A DNA stretch of 64,000 nt from the NCBI GenBank assembly GCA_977017645.1, contig OZ360221.1, positions 188,604,001 to 188,668,000 on the forward strand, given 5' to 3'. Of this stretch, positions 37,458 through 49,954 are shown piece after piece. The first letter of the stretch is position 1, and the number at the start of each line of letters is the position of its first letter. The position numbers and the translations under genes were made by a program. Below the pieces are notes generated by a model. The model was not told the DNA's origin, did not search any database, and was given only the letters and a program-made list of their open reading frames with translations. The stretch comes from Torpedo marmorata. Lineage: Eukaryota.

Positions 37458-39406
37458 CAACAATCCCTCACTCTATTATTACAATCTCCCCAGAGGATTA
37501 ACCCTGGTTCAAAGAGGTGTGTGGAAGAGCAGCATCCTGCCTACCGAAGACAGAGCTGCTAGCCAATTGAAACTGTAATGCAGGACTACTTGCAATGCTC
37601 AGCAATAAAATAGCATGAAATGGACAGGTCTAAATCATCTCACAATCAACAGGTCAGATTGTAACTGCATTTCTGCAATCCTTTCACGTCCGGTCATGAG
37701 TGGTGGTGAACGATTAAACAACTAACAATAAGAGGAGACAAATCTCTCTCTTTGTGTTTAGTTGTAGCATTTATAACCATGATCCATCTCAGCCTTGTCC
37801 TGAGATCCACCATCCAACCAATTTGATTTGCGCCAAGTAACATAAAAAAATAGTGGAGAGCATTGGATACAGCAAAGCCTATGGAACCAGGAAATACTAA
37901 AGCTATAGTACTGAAGACCTACACTCCAGAAGTAGCTGCATCCCTCATCAAACTTTTCCAGTACTGTACAGTTAAAACTCTGACATCTACCTGACAACTT
38001 GAAAGTTTCTTAGATCTATCCTCTTCACAAAAAGCAGAACCATCCAACTAATTACTGTTTAATCAGTCCACTCTCAATGATCAGAAAAGCAATGAAACAT
38101 TTTATTGGCAAGGCACCAAGTAACACTCATTCACCAATAATCTGTTCACTAATGTCCACCAGCACCACTAGCTCCAAACCTTATCACAGCTTTGGTCCAA
38201 AAATAGATCAAAGATTATCTGAATGCCTGGATCATTTGAAACAAGGTCAGTGAATCTGTGGTATAAATCAGCACAAAGGGTAAAATTTAGTGACCATTAC
38301 AAAAACATGGTTGTAGGCTGCGATGATTGGGAAATAAATATAGAAGGGTATCAGCTAATACAGAAACTTAGCAAGAGGTAAGGGAGGTGGGATAATGCTC
38401 TTGATTAAGGATGAGATCAGGGTGATAGTGGAAACAATATAAGATCTAAGGAGAAGAATGTTGAATCCATCTGGGTAGAGATTAGAGATTAGGGAAAAGA
38501 TCACTGGTGGGAGTTGTCTTTAGGCCACCAAATAATAACACTGCAGTGGCACAGGCAATAAACCAGGAAATATCATGCATGTCAGAATGGAAAGGCAATT
38601 AACATGGGGACTTTGATTGGGTGAATTAGGATGGGCACATAGATTGGGTGAATCAGGATGGTCGAGGCAGTCTTGAGGACGTCATAGAATGCTTCCATGA
38701 TAACTTTTTTAAAGAGCATTTTACTGAACTTACAAGTTCATAAATATGTTATCTTAGATATGGTTCTGTGCAATGTGACAGGTAAAATTAATATGTTGTA
38801 GTTATGGATCTTCTTAGAAAGACTGATCACAGTATGACTGAATTCCTTATACAAATGGAGGGTGCAATAATTTGATCTAACACCAGAGCATTTTGCTTAA
38901 ACAATGGACACGACAACGGGATGAGGGAGGAGTTGACTCATGTAGACTGGGAACACAGGCTAGAGGATGGGAAAGCTGAGGAACAGTGGAAAACATTCAA
39001 ATAGATTTTTCACAATGCACAACAAAAGTATACTCCAGTTAAAAGCAAGGAAAGTAAGAGTGGGGATAGATAGCCTTGGATAACTAAAGGAATAAAGGAA
39101 GGCATCAAACTAAAAACTAATGCATGCAAAATCACTGAGTAGTGGGAAACTGGAAGATTCGAAAACTTCAAAAAGAAACAAAGCAAAAAAGCAAGTAATA
39201 AAGAAAGGGACAATGGACTATGAAAGTAAACGTACATAAAATAAAAACAGATGGTAAAAGTTTTTATAATTACCGGTATATAAAGCAGAAAATGGTGGCT
39301 AAAGTGGACATTGATCCCTTGGAAGATGAAAAGAGGGAATTAATACTGGGTAATATAGAAATGGCCAAGGCTTTGAATGACTATCCTGCGTCAGTCTTCC
39401 TGCTAT

Positions 39407-40435
39407 GGGTCGGTTAGCAGATCATCGAGCATCGTCATGCTGAGCACTGGCGCACCTCAGTGCTGTGTGATCAGCCCACTCCTGGTCATGCTACTGACCC
39501 AGGACTACATCACCAGATCCAGCTCCAACAGTGTCATTACGTTTTCAGATGACACAACAGTAGTTGGCCTCATCCGCAACAGCGATGAGTCGCACTACAG
39601 AGAAAAGGTGTAAAATCTTGTGATATGGTGTGAGAGTAACAACCTGAGTCTCAACATGGACAAGACGAAGGAGATGATCGTGGACTTCAGGAGGACCAGG
39701 AACGACCACCCTCCACTACACATCAACAACTCTCTAGTGGAGAGAGTGGAGAGCACCAAGTTCCTTTGAGTTCACTTAACTAGTGACCTACCGTGGACAT
39801 ACAACATCTCCTTACTTGTCAGGAAGGTGCAGCAGTGACTGCACTTCCTGAGAAGACTGAAGCGGGCAAGGCTACCAGCCACCATTATGTCAACCTTCTA
39901 CAGGAGCTCTATCGAGAGGGTCCTGGTGGGTTGTATTAGAGTGTGTTACAGTGGCTGCTGAGAAATGGATTGGAGGTCAATCCATAGGACCATAAGAGTG
40001 GCAGAGAGGATCACTGGAGTCTCCCCCCCAAACGACAAAATCTACTGGGATAGTTGTTTGAAGAGGGCACGCAAAATCATTGAGGACCCCTTCCACCCTG
40101 CACACAGCATCTTTCAGCTGCTCCCATTGGGGAAGAGATTCAGGAGTATCAGAGCCAGCACCACCAGGCTGAGGAACAGCTTCTTCCCACGGGCAATGTG
40201 AATGCTCAACAACCAAAGCAACTACTCACACTAACCATCCGAGACTCTCATATTCATGAAACAATATTTATTATTTATTTGTATAAATGAGGACTTGTCC
40301 TAAATATGTATTATTTGTCTTTATGTGCGTTATGTCTGATTGTGTGTCTGTGTGTTTTGCACCACAGAACAGAGAACGCTGTTTCGTCGGGTTGTACTTG
40401 TGGAATCAGATGACAATAAACTTGACTTGACTTGA
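39407..40435 (+). mobile_element. Rex1/Babar LINE, 5'-truncated, (ACTTG)n tail
   Basis: STGAPQCCVISPLL, FSDDTTVVGLI, TTRLRNSFFP motifs. Confidence 0.88.
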
Positions 40436-41742
40436 TGATGGAAGACATATTTAACATGCCAAAGAGAGATGGTTTGGATGCGATGGCTTTGATACAATTG
40501 CTCACTAAAAAGGTAGTGCTGAGCAAACTAGAGGGTCTAAAGGTAGATAAGTCCCCTGATCCTGATGGAATGCATTTGTGATGATTTACTAAAATTCTTT
40601 CGATTCTGGACAAGTCCCGGTGGATTGGAAGACAGCAAATATCACACCACTGTTTATGAAGGATATAAGCAAAAGGCAGGTAACTGTTGGCCAGTTATCT
40701 TAATGTCTGTAGTTGGAAAAATGCTTGAAGCTATCATGAAGGAAGAAATAGCAAGATAACTGGATAGAAATTGTTTCATCAGGCAGAAGCAGTATGGATT
40801 CAGGAAGGGAAAGTTGTGTTTCTCAAATTTACTGGAGTTCTTTGAGGATATAATGAGTGCAGTGGATAGAGAGGAACAGGTGGATGTCGTGTACTTGGAT
40901 TTCCAGAAGGCGTTTGGTGAGGTGCCACCGAAAAGACATTCATAAGAAAAGGATTTTTTGGAGTTGGGTTAAAGTATTAGCATGGATAGATGATTGGTTA
41001 ACCAATTGAAGGCAGAGTTGGCGTACATTGGTGCTTCTCTAGTTGGTAATCAGTGGTGAGCGGAGTGCCACAGGGGTTGGTGCTGGGCTCAAAACTGTCC
41101 ATGATATACATTAACATATACATATGATTTGGAAGACGGGATCGAATATAATGTATCTAAATTTGCTGATGACTCTAAATTGTGTGGACAATTTAAATTG
41201 TGAAGAGGATGTAGAAAGAGATAGGTTAAGTGAGTGGGCCAAGGGTCTGGCAGATGGAGTACAATGTTGGTAAATGCAAGATCATCTACTTTGCAAGGAA
41301 AAATAGATCAGATTATTATTTAAGTGGTGAAATGTTGCAGCATGCGGTTGTACAGAGGGTCTTGGGAGTGCTTGTGCATGAATTGCAAAAGGTTGGATTG
41401 TAGGTGCAGCAGGTAATCAAGAAGGCACATGGAAGTTGGCTTTCATTGTTGGAGAGATTGAATTTAAGAGCAGGGACGTTCTGGTATAACTGTACAGGGT
41501 ATTGGTGAGGATGCACCTGGAGTACTGTGTACAATTCTGATGTCCTTACTTGAGAAAAGATATACTGACTTGGAGATGGTGTAGAGGAGATTCACCAGGT
41601 TGATTCTGGAGATGAGGGGGTTAGCCTCTGAGGAGAGATTGAGTTGCCTGGGACAATACCTGCTGGAATTCAGAAGAATGAGAGGGGATCTTCTACAAAC
41701 ATATAAAATTATGAAAGGTATAGACAAAACAGAGGCAGGAAT

Positions 41743-42623
41743 TGGAGTAAAACACAAAAGTCTGCAGACACTGCGGTTGAAGCAACAACCTTGAGCTCAA
41801 CCTCAGCAAAACCAAGGAGATGATTGTGGACTTCAGGAGGAAGTCAGGGGAACACGACCCAGTCCTCATCGAGGGCTCAGTCGTGGAGAGGGTCAAGAAC
41901 TTCAAATTCCTGGGTGTCAACATCTCCGAGGATCTGTCCTGGAGCATCCACGTTGATGCAATCACAAAGAAGACTCGCCAGCGGCTATACTTTGTGAGGT
42001 GTTTGCGGAGATTCGGTATGTCGCCAAAGACTCTCGTAAACTTCTACAGGTGTACCGTGGAGAGCATTCTGGCTGGTTGCATCACTGCCTGGTATGGAGG
42101 CGCCAACTCCCAGGACAAGAGTAAACTCCAGAAGGTTGTTAACTCGGCCTGTGACATCACAGGCACCAAACTTCACTCCATCGAGGACATCTACATGAGG
42201 CGGTGTCTTAAAAAAGCAGCCTCTATCCTCAAAGACCCCCACCACCCAGGCCATGCCCTCTTCACTCTGCTTCCATCGGGAAAAAGGTACAGGAGCCTAA
42301 AGACGAGCACTCAACGGCACAAGGACAGCTTCTTCCCCGCTGCCATCAGATTCCTGAATAATCAATGAACCAAAGACACTGCCTTACTTTACGTGCACTA
42401 TTGTTTATAATTTTTTATAGTAATGTCGTTAGATGGTTAATATGAATGTTAATTGCACTATGATGCTGCCGCAAAACACCGAATTTCATGACTTGTTCAT
42501 GACGATAAATTCTGATTCTGATTCTGACAATGCTGGAGAAACTCAGCACGTCAAACTTTGCTAGCTCTTTGCTACATAAAGTATACTGTTTGACCTGTTG
42601 AGTTTCTCCAGCATTGTGTTTTT
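41743..42623. mobile_element. Small Penelope-derived inverted-repeat insertion, itself interrupted by Rex1
   Basis: Two opposed copies of the Penelope 3' terminus; 14-bp TSD ACAGAGGCAGGAAT at 41729-41742 and 42624-42637. Confidence 0.7.
41787..42526 (+). mobile_element. Rex1/Babar LINE 3' part, (ATTCTG)n tail
   Basis: Open ORF 41820-42368 with RQRLYFVRCLRRFG and KDPHHPGHALF. Confidence 0.9.
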
Positions 42624-43422
42624 ACAGAGGCAGGAATGTTGTTTACACTGGTAAGTGAGACTAAAACTAAAGGATATAGCCTCAAGATTTGGGGGTTTGA
42701 TTTAGGACAGAGATCACCTCATCAGCAACACCGATGAGTCGCACTATAGAGAAGAGGTGGAAAATCTCATGAAAATGTGCGAGAGTAACAACCTTAGTCT
42801 CAAAATGGACGAGATGAAGGAGATGATCGAGGTCGTCAGGAGGACCAGGAATGGCCACCCTCCACTACACATGAACAACTCTGTAGTAGAGAGAGTGGAG
42901 AGCACCAAGTTCCTTGGAGTTCACTTACCTAGTGACCTATCGTGGACATACAACATCTCCTCACTTGTCAGGAAGGTGCAACAATGTCTGCACTTCCTGA
43001 GAAGACTGAAGCTGGCAAGGCTACCGGCCACCATTATGTCAACCTTCTACAGGAGCTCTATCGAGAGCATCCTAGCCGGCTGCATCACAGTGTGGTACGG
43101 TTGCTGCAGAGAAATGGATCAGAGGTCAAATCCAAAGGACCATAGGAAGTGTGCAGAGAGGATCACTGGAGTCTCCCTCCTCTCCATCAACGTGATCTAC
43201 CGGGATTGTTGTCTGAAGAGGGCGCGCAAAATCATTGACGACCCCTTCCACCCTGTACACAGCATCTTTCAGCTGCTCCTGTCGGGGAAGAGATACAGGA
43301 GCCAGCACCACCAGGCTGAGGAATAGCTTCTTCCTATGGGCAGTAAGAATGCTGAATGACCAAAGGAACTGCTCACACTAACCATCCGAGCCTCTCATTT
43401 GTACAAAACAATATTTATTAAT

Positions 43423-46400
43423 ATTGCTCCCAACGCCGCAGCCGCCTGCTCCTACCCGCGCCCCGGGCGCCGACACGACGGTACTCCCGAAGCTTCGGCC
43501 GCCAACCCCATCCCGGACCCCGAGCCTCTACTCACCAGAGTTCCTGATACCTCCACCGCCGACTCCCGACACAGACTGTTACCTGCTGGAGCCTCCCACG
43601 CTGACTGCCACTGGAGTCCTCATCTTGCAACAAGATCCCACTTACCTATACCCCTCACTACACCTTCCCTCTCCTCCTGCACCTCTCCCTACTCCACCCC
43701 CATCTCCCCCTCTCTGCCCCACTCTCCACCCCAACCCTCAGACCTCATCCCTTCCCTTCCATCCACCCCCCCCCTCTCTCTGGCTACCCTCCCTACCCCC
43801 CTCTCCCACCCTCCTACCTCCCTACCCCCCACCTCCCCCCTCCGACCCCCCCTCCCCCTCCCTCCAACCTCCCCCACCCTCCACCTCCCCCCTCTGACCT
43901 CCCCAAACCTCCCCCTCCCCCCAACACCCTCCACAACACCGATCCCCACTCTAACCCCTGCTTGGTTTTTACTATCCCCTCCGACCTTCCCCTCTCTGAG
44001 ACGGAGCGCTCCGTCCTCAGTAGAGGCCTCACCTTCGTCCCCCTCCGCCAACACCTCAACGAGTTCCGCGCACGCCATGATGCTGAACTCTTCTTCCGTC
44101 GCCACCGCCTCCGTGCTCACTTCCATGACCGTGATTCTCCACCCCCCACCCAAGACCCTTTTTCCCGCTTCAAGCCTTCTTCCTCTTCCTGGACACCTCG
44201 CCCTGGCCAGCTGCCCGCTCTGGACCTTTTTATTTCCAACTGCCGCCGAGACATCAACCGTCTCAACTTCACCACCCCCCTCTCGTATTCCAACCTCACC
44301 TCCTCAGAACGCTCTGCCCTCCACTCTCTCCGCAACAATCCCAACCTCACCATCAAACCCGCAGACAAGGGCGGTGCGGTTGTGATCTGGCGCACTGACC
44401 TCTACCTTGCCGAGGCCAGTCGACAACTCTCAGACACCTCCTCCTACCAACCCCTCCCACAGGACCCCACCACAGCACATCAAGCCACTGTCTCCAACAC
44501 CATCTCCGACCTCATCACCTACGGTCACCTCCCCTCCACGGCCACCAACCTCATTCTCCCACACCCCCGCACTGCCCGTTTCTACCTTCTACCCAAGATA
44601 CACAAACCCAACCATCCGGGCAGACCCATTGTTTCTGCCTGCTCCTGCCCCACCGAACTAGTTTCATCTTACCTTGACTCCATCTTTTCTCCCCTGGTCC
44701 AATCCCTCCCCACCTACATCCGCGACACCTCACATGCCCTCCATCTCCTCAATGACTTCAGATTCCCTGAACTGGACCGCATCATCTTCACCATGGATGT
44801 CCAATCCCTTTATACCTCTATCCCCCACACAGAAGGTCTGAAAGCACTTCGCTTCTTCCTGGACCAAAGACCCGACCAGTCACCCTCTACCACCACCCTC
44901 CTCCGCCTGGCAGAACTTGTCCTCACTCTCAATAACTTCTCCTTCAACTCATCCCACTTCCTCCAAATCAAAGGAGTAGCCATGGGTACCTGCATGGGTC
45001 CCAGCTACGCCTGCCTGTTTGTGGGCTTTGTGGAGCAATCCATGCTGCAAGCCTACACAGGCAAGACCCCTCATCTCTTCCTCCGGTATATCGACGACTA
45101 CATCGGGGCTGCCTCATGCACCCGCGATGAGCTTGTCAACTTCATCCACTTCGCATCCAACTTTCACCACGATCTCAAACTCACCTGGTCCATCTCCGAT
45201 AACACTCTCCCCTTCCTGGATCTCTCTGTCTCCATCTCGGGAGACAAGCTTTCCACCGACATTTACTACAAACCCTCCAACTCCCACAACTATCTGGACT
45301 ACACATCCTCACATCCTGTCCCCTGCAAGGACTCCATCCCCTTCTCTCAATTTCTCCGCCTCCGCCGCATCTGTTCCCAAGATGAGGTGTTCCACTCCAG
45401 ATCTTCTAAAATGTCTGCCTTTTTCCACAAACGTGGCTTCCCCTCCACCACCATCAACTCAGCCCTCACCCGCATCTCCTCCATTTCCCGTTCATCTGCC
45501 CTGGCCCCTCTGCCCCCAGACGCAACAAACATAGAATCCCCCTCATCCTCACCTACCACCCCACCAGCCTCCGCATCCAACACATTATCCGCCCGAATTT
45601 CCGGCACTTACTACAGGATCCCACCACCAGACACATTTTTCCTTCTCCTCCCCTCTCGGCCTTCTGTAGGGACCGCTCCCTCTGCGATTCACTCGTGCAC
45701 TCATCCCTCCCCACCCATCGCACCCCCGGAACATTCCACTGTGCCCGCAGGAGGTGCAACACCTGCGCCCACACCTCCCCCCTCACCACGGTCCAGGGCC
45801 CCAAACAGGCCTTCCAAGTGAAACTACACTTCACTTGTACATCCAGAGAACTTATTTACTGCATCTGGTGCTCCCTTTGTGGCTTTCTATACATTGGAGA
45901 GACCGGTCGTAGATTGGGAGACCGCTTTGCTGAGTACCTCCTCTCCATCCGCAACAACAGCGACCTCCCAGTAGCCAACCATTTCAATTCCGGGTCACAC
46001 TCTCACACTCACATGTCTGTCCATGGCCTCATGTACTATCCCACCCAGACTACCCGCAAATTGGAGGAACAACATCTCATTTTCCGTCTGGGCACTCTCC
46101 AGCCAGATGGCATTAACATTGACTTTTCTGCTTTCACTAAACCTGCTTGTCGTTCCCTTCCCCTCCCCCCTCACCTGTCCTTCCTGTTTTTCCCACCCAC
46201 CCAGCCATCCCTCCTCCCCCTCTTTGCTGCTGTCCCCTCCCTCCTTTCTCCACCTATCATCTCCTGCCTTTGCCATCCCCTTCCCCCCTCACTCCTTTGT
46301 TCGGACGCCTGCCGGCATTTTCTCATACTTTGATGAAGGGCTCAAGCCCGAAACGTCGGTTATGTATTTCTACCTTTGCTACATAAAAGACACTGTTTGA

Positions 46401-46432
46401 CCTGCTGAGTTTCTCCAGCATTTGTGTTTTTT
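43423..46432 (+). mobile_element. Penelope-like element (Neptune type): RT plus GIY-YIG endonuclease, frameshifted near 45505
   Basis: IKPADKGGAVV, LPKIHK, GRPIVS, MDVQSLYTSIP, GVAMG, RYIDD, Cys linker and LIY...YIG motifs; 13-bp TSD AATATTTATTAAT at 43410-43422 and 46433-46445. Confidence 0.95.
46324..46364 (+). ncRNA. Minimal type I hammerhead ribozyme motif in the Penelope pLTR
   Basis: catact-TTGATGA-a-GGGC tcaa GCCC-GAAA-CG-TC-ggttatg; palindromic ACGT in place of stem III; predicted cleavage after 46357. Confidence 0.72.
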
Positions 46433-47408
46433 AATATTTATTAATTAATGTGTATAGATAAAATACTTGTCCTGCATATGTATTGTTTCTCTGTATGTGT
46501 GTTATGTCTGGATGTGTGTCTGCATGTTTTGCACCGAGGGCCAGAGAATGCTGTTTCATCGGATTGTACTTGTACAATCAGATGACAATAAACTTGACTT
46601 GACTTGATGAGGAGGAATTGCTTTGCCAAGAGTGTAGTGAATCTGTTGAATTCTCTACAAAAGGAGGCAGTAGTTGCTGCCTCGTTAAATATATTTAAAA
46701 CACAGTTAGATCGATTTTTTAATAGTACAAAAAGCGAGGTAGTTCCTGTGGTTCATTGTCCATTCAGAAATCTGATGGCTGAGGGGAAGAAGCTGTTTTT
46801 GTAATGTTGGGTGTTCGTTTTCAGGCTCCTCCGGTACCTTTTTCCTGATGGTAGCAGTGAGAAGTGGGCATGGCCTGGGTGATGAGGGTCCTTGATGATA
46901 GAGGTTGCCATCCAGTATAAAAGAGCCCACTTGATGAACATCCCTTCAACCATCTTTCCCTCCACCACCAGTGCATAGTGGTTACTGTACTTCAGTAATG
47001 TGCGCATGTCACAGAAGTTGGAATTTATTGTCATCTGACGGTACATATACAACCAGACAAAACAGCATTTCTCCAGACCACGTTACACACACAGACACAA
47101 ATACACAACACACATTAATTACATTTATCCATAAAATATAATATAAAGTAAATATGTATAAATATTTCTGAATAATTTACTCGTTTCATTTATAAGAGAT
47201 CCAAGATTACAGCACCACCCAAACCTGTGACTTTTATTACCTGCAGGTTCCACTTCAGGCCGTACACAATTTCACCAGCCCTTCATTATCATTGGGTCTA
47301 AATCCTGGAACTCCCTCCCTCACAACAACCACACTGAAGAAATACCTTTACCAGAAGCACTGCAGTCGTTCAACAAGGCAGATCACCACTGCTTCTCAGG
47401 GACAAATC

Positions 47409-47675
47409 GGCATGGTTAGCGTAGCGGTTAGCGTAACGCTGTTACAGCGCCAGCGATCGGGACAGGGGTTCGAATCCGGCACTGCCTGTAAGGAGTTTGT
47501 ATGTTCTCCCCGTGTTTGCGTGGATTTCCTCCATGTGCTCCGGTTTCCTCCCACGGTTCAAAACGTACCAGGGGTTGTAGATTAATTGGGTGTAATTGTG
47601 CGGCGCGGGCTCGTGGGCCAAAAAGGCCTGCTACCGTGCTGTATGTCTAATTTAAAATTTAAATTTAAAATTTAA
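47409..47675 (+). mobile_element. V-SINE
   Basis: tRNA-like head, V-domain and (AAATTT)n tail. Confidence 0.85.
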
Positions 47676-48239
47676 ACAAATATTGGCTATGCCAGTGATG
47701 CCCAGATCTGAAAAATGAATAAATAAAAGAAATTGATTCCACTCCCACAATTTTCCCTAGTCCTTTAGCATTTGTCAGAAATATGCTTACAAATGTGCTT
47801 GTCTGTCTTCCTTGGAATGTTCTAAGGTCTGTGATGCATTCCTACAAATGTGATTGTTCCTTTTTCTTTCTTTCGTTCAAACCATACATCTTATTTGACA
47901 ACATTGAACATCAATTCAAAGAGGAATGGGGTGAACCTTGTTCTGGACCTTATCTGTATTGCACCCAGCCTGTGAGGGGTTACACAGGTTAAAAAGTGCT
48001 TCAACCTGAACTTCGTTTGCAAATCGAGTCATCGTGACGTTCAAATAAAACGCGGTTATTCAATATTGATCATAACCAGCTTGGCATTCCGCACACCATC
48101 GTTTCAGAGCCAAATTTACATGACAGCTGATATAGAAAGATCGCAAAATTATGTACATTGAGGTTTTTTTTTCATAAATAGACTATATCTTACTTCAAGT
48201 AAAACATGGCGATTCTTTACTTTCAAATGAGCCATGCCA

Positions 48240-49070
48240 TGCGCTGTCGTTAAAATGTTCTTCAGCCCCCGGAGTTGGTGGTACCGCGGGCGCTAGGACC
48301 CGGCGACCTGCCTTGTCGGAGAGCAGCTGCTGAGTCCGTGCATCTGTTGCTCAGATCAGCGAGGATATCAGGAGCAGAGCTGACAGCCAGGAATCACACG
48401 GTCTGAGGGCGCAAGGGGCGACGCACAAGCCTGACCCGTGCCCGCCTCCCTGTCAGCGTGTGCGTGTCCGGGTGAACTCCAGCTCACACGGGTTTCCAAA
48501 GCCCCCACAGCTTGGAAGCACCTGCACCATTCACCGCTGCAGGCAAAGCCAGCGGTGGTGCCGAAGATGAGGAGATGTCCCCGGGGAGATGCCGCTGGCT
48601 GAGACGCTCGGGCTGGCACTCGCCTCGCAACATGTGGAGCAAGCGGCGGGCTCTGCTCTGGCTGCTGCCGGGCTTGCTGCTGCTGTCCGCCGTGACGCTG
48701 CTCGACCCTTCGCCCGGACACCGACCCATTCACGGTGGGCACCTCAGCCAGGAGGGGGCGGAGGGCGGCCGGTCGCCGGTTCTGGTACAGCCGCCGCCGG
48801 AGCCGTTCGCCGAAGACGAGTTGATCGTGGCGAAGGAGGGGCCGGCGAGCTCCCGGGCTGGGGAGAGGAGGAGGAGGAGGAAGAGGGGGTACCGACTGGT
48901 GAGGGCGGCTAAACAGCGGCGGTGGGGGGCGACCTCCTCCCTTCCTGGAAGGCACGGCGGGCCGGTCCCCAAACTCGATCGGCACCGACTGCACATGCGG
49001 GGCTTCAACGAGGTTGTCAGCGAGCGGATCTCCCTGCACCGGACACCACCTGAGGTACGCGAGCCTTTGT
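48240..49070 (+). promoter_or_regulatory. GALNT15: CpG island over the GALNT15 promoter, 5' UTR and exon 1
   Basis: Sharp rise in GC and CpG content in non-repeat sequence over the first coding exon. Confidence 0.7.
48575..49068 (+). CDS. GALNT15: Polypeptide N-acetylgalactosaminyltransferase 15, coding exon 1 (start ATG 48575 or 48632)
   Basis: Type II membrane anchor (RRALLWLLPGLLLLSAVTLL), stem, GFNEVVSERISLHRTPPEVREP; donor TT|GTAAGT, phase 2. Confidence 0.85.
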
Positions 49071-49629
49071 AAGTACAGAAACGCCTGAGTTGCTTCTCCT
49101 TCCATTCAAATGCCCCACTAGTGGGTACAGTTATGTCTCATCTGCTCACCCCAATGGAGGGACCAAACCATCTCTCTCTCTCACACACACACACACTAGG
49201 GTACCTGTGTTTGAGCTCTACACTCGAGCAACTAAACAAAAAGCTGTACTCATCATTATGAAGCTATTTCGAATAATTGTAAGCACACATTTATTTCATT
49301 GCAGCATACTCTTTTTTTAAAATCCTCATTTGCATTCAGCTTGAAAATCAAAACTATAAATTGTGTTGTTTAGAGTTCGGCAGTTTAATTTTGCCCGCAT
49401 TCCTTGCGAAGCGGGGTTGTTCTGTGTGTTTTCATTGTTTTTAGAGGACTTTCTCAGCAGTGTTGAGAGTTGCATTTAGTTGACAGATTGTGATGTTGAT
49501 TTTGGCACCAACTGAACCGACGAAAACTCTTAGTCGTGCTGAAAAATCGAGATTTACAGGAGGGGGTGGGGCGATAATCAATTCCCGAACGATGCTGTTG
49601 AAACCATGCAACCAAGCCATGGAGATAGG

Positions 49630-49720
49630 AATACAATACAGAAATGCTGGAAGCACTCAGCAGGTCAGACAGCAATCGTGGATAGAGAAACACAATTTTC
49701 AGGTCATGGACGGCCTTCGG
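49630..49720 (-). mobile_element. Degenerate Penelope-like 3' end remnant
   Basis: aaatgctggaagcactcagcaggtcagacagc... matches the family terminus. Confidence 0.5.
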
Positions 49721-49954
49721 AAAGGTCAGTTCGTAAACTCGAACGACAGGAGGGTCATTCTCGATGGGGAAGGATGGTCTTTCTTGGCAGGAAATAAAAC
49801 CCATGGTGGATTCCCTCCTGCGGCATCACCACACGAACGAACACCATCAGTCCGAGTTCGTTCGTTTGGTGATCCGTCAGGAGGCTCCAAACCCCAATAC
49901 ATTATCTTTTACTGGAGAACGGCGTTAGTTTAGTATTAGAAGGGAAAATACAAA

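Larger units (their letters stand above)
25860..38200 (+). mobile_element. Ancient CR1/L2-type LINE remnant in pieces (about 25860-26735, 32400-32713, 37458-38200), interrupted by younger elements
   Basis: Decayed APE motifs (IVILTESYL; GNFNVHQQE) in the first piece and RT-like remnants in the last, in consistent order. Confidence 0.5.
42713..46605 (+). mobile_element. Rex1/Babar copy (42713-43422 and 46433-46605) split by a Penelope element
   Basis: ORF 42757-43326; the 3' UTR resumes after the Penelope insertion and ends in (ACTTG)n. Confidence 0.85.
38240..46720 (+). mobile_element. Degraded CR1 LINE in pieces (about 38240-39400, 40436-41742, 42624-42712, 46606-46720)
   Basis: APE to RT to C-terminal remnants appear in order (DKSPDPDG, YLDFQKAF, KFADD, RRMRGDL) between younger insertions. 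Confidence 0.8.

Noticed and set aside
43399-44385. Long Pro/Ser/Thr-rich ORFs and Gly/Arg-rich antisense ORFs
   Set aside because: By-products of C-rich low-complexity sequence and alternative frames of the Penelope element.
48368-49105. 245-aa antisense ORF over GALNT15 exon 1
   Set aside because: Expected in a GC-rich CpG island; no recognisable domain.
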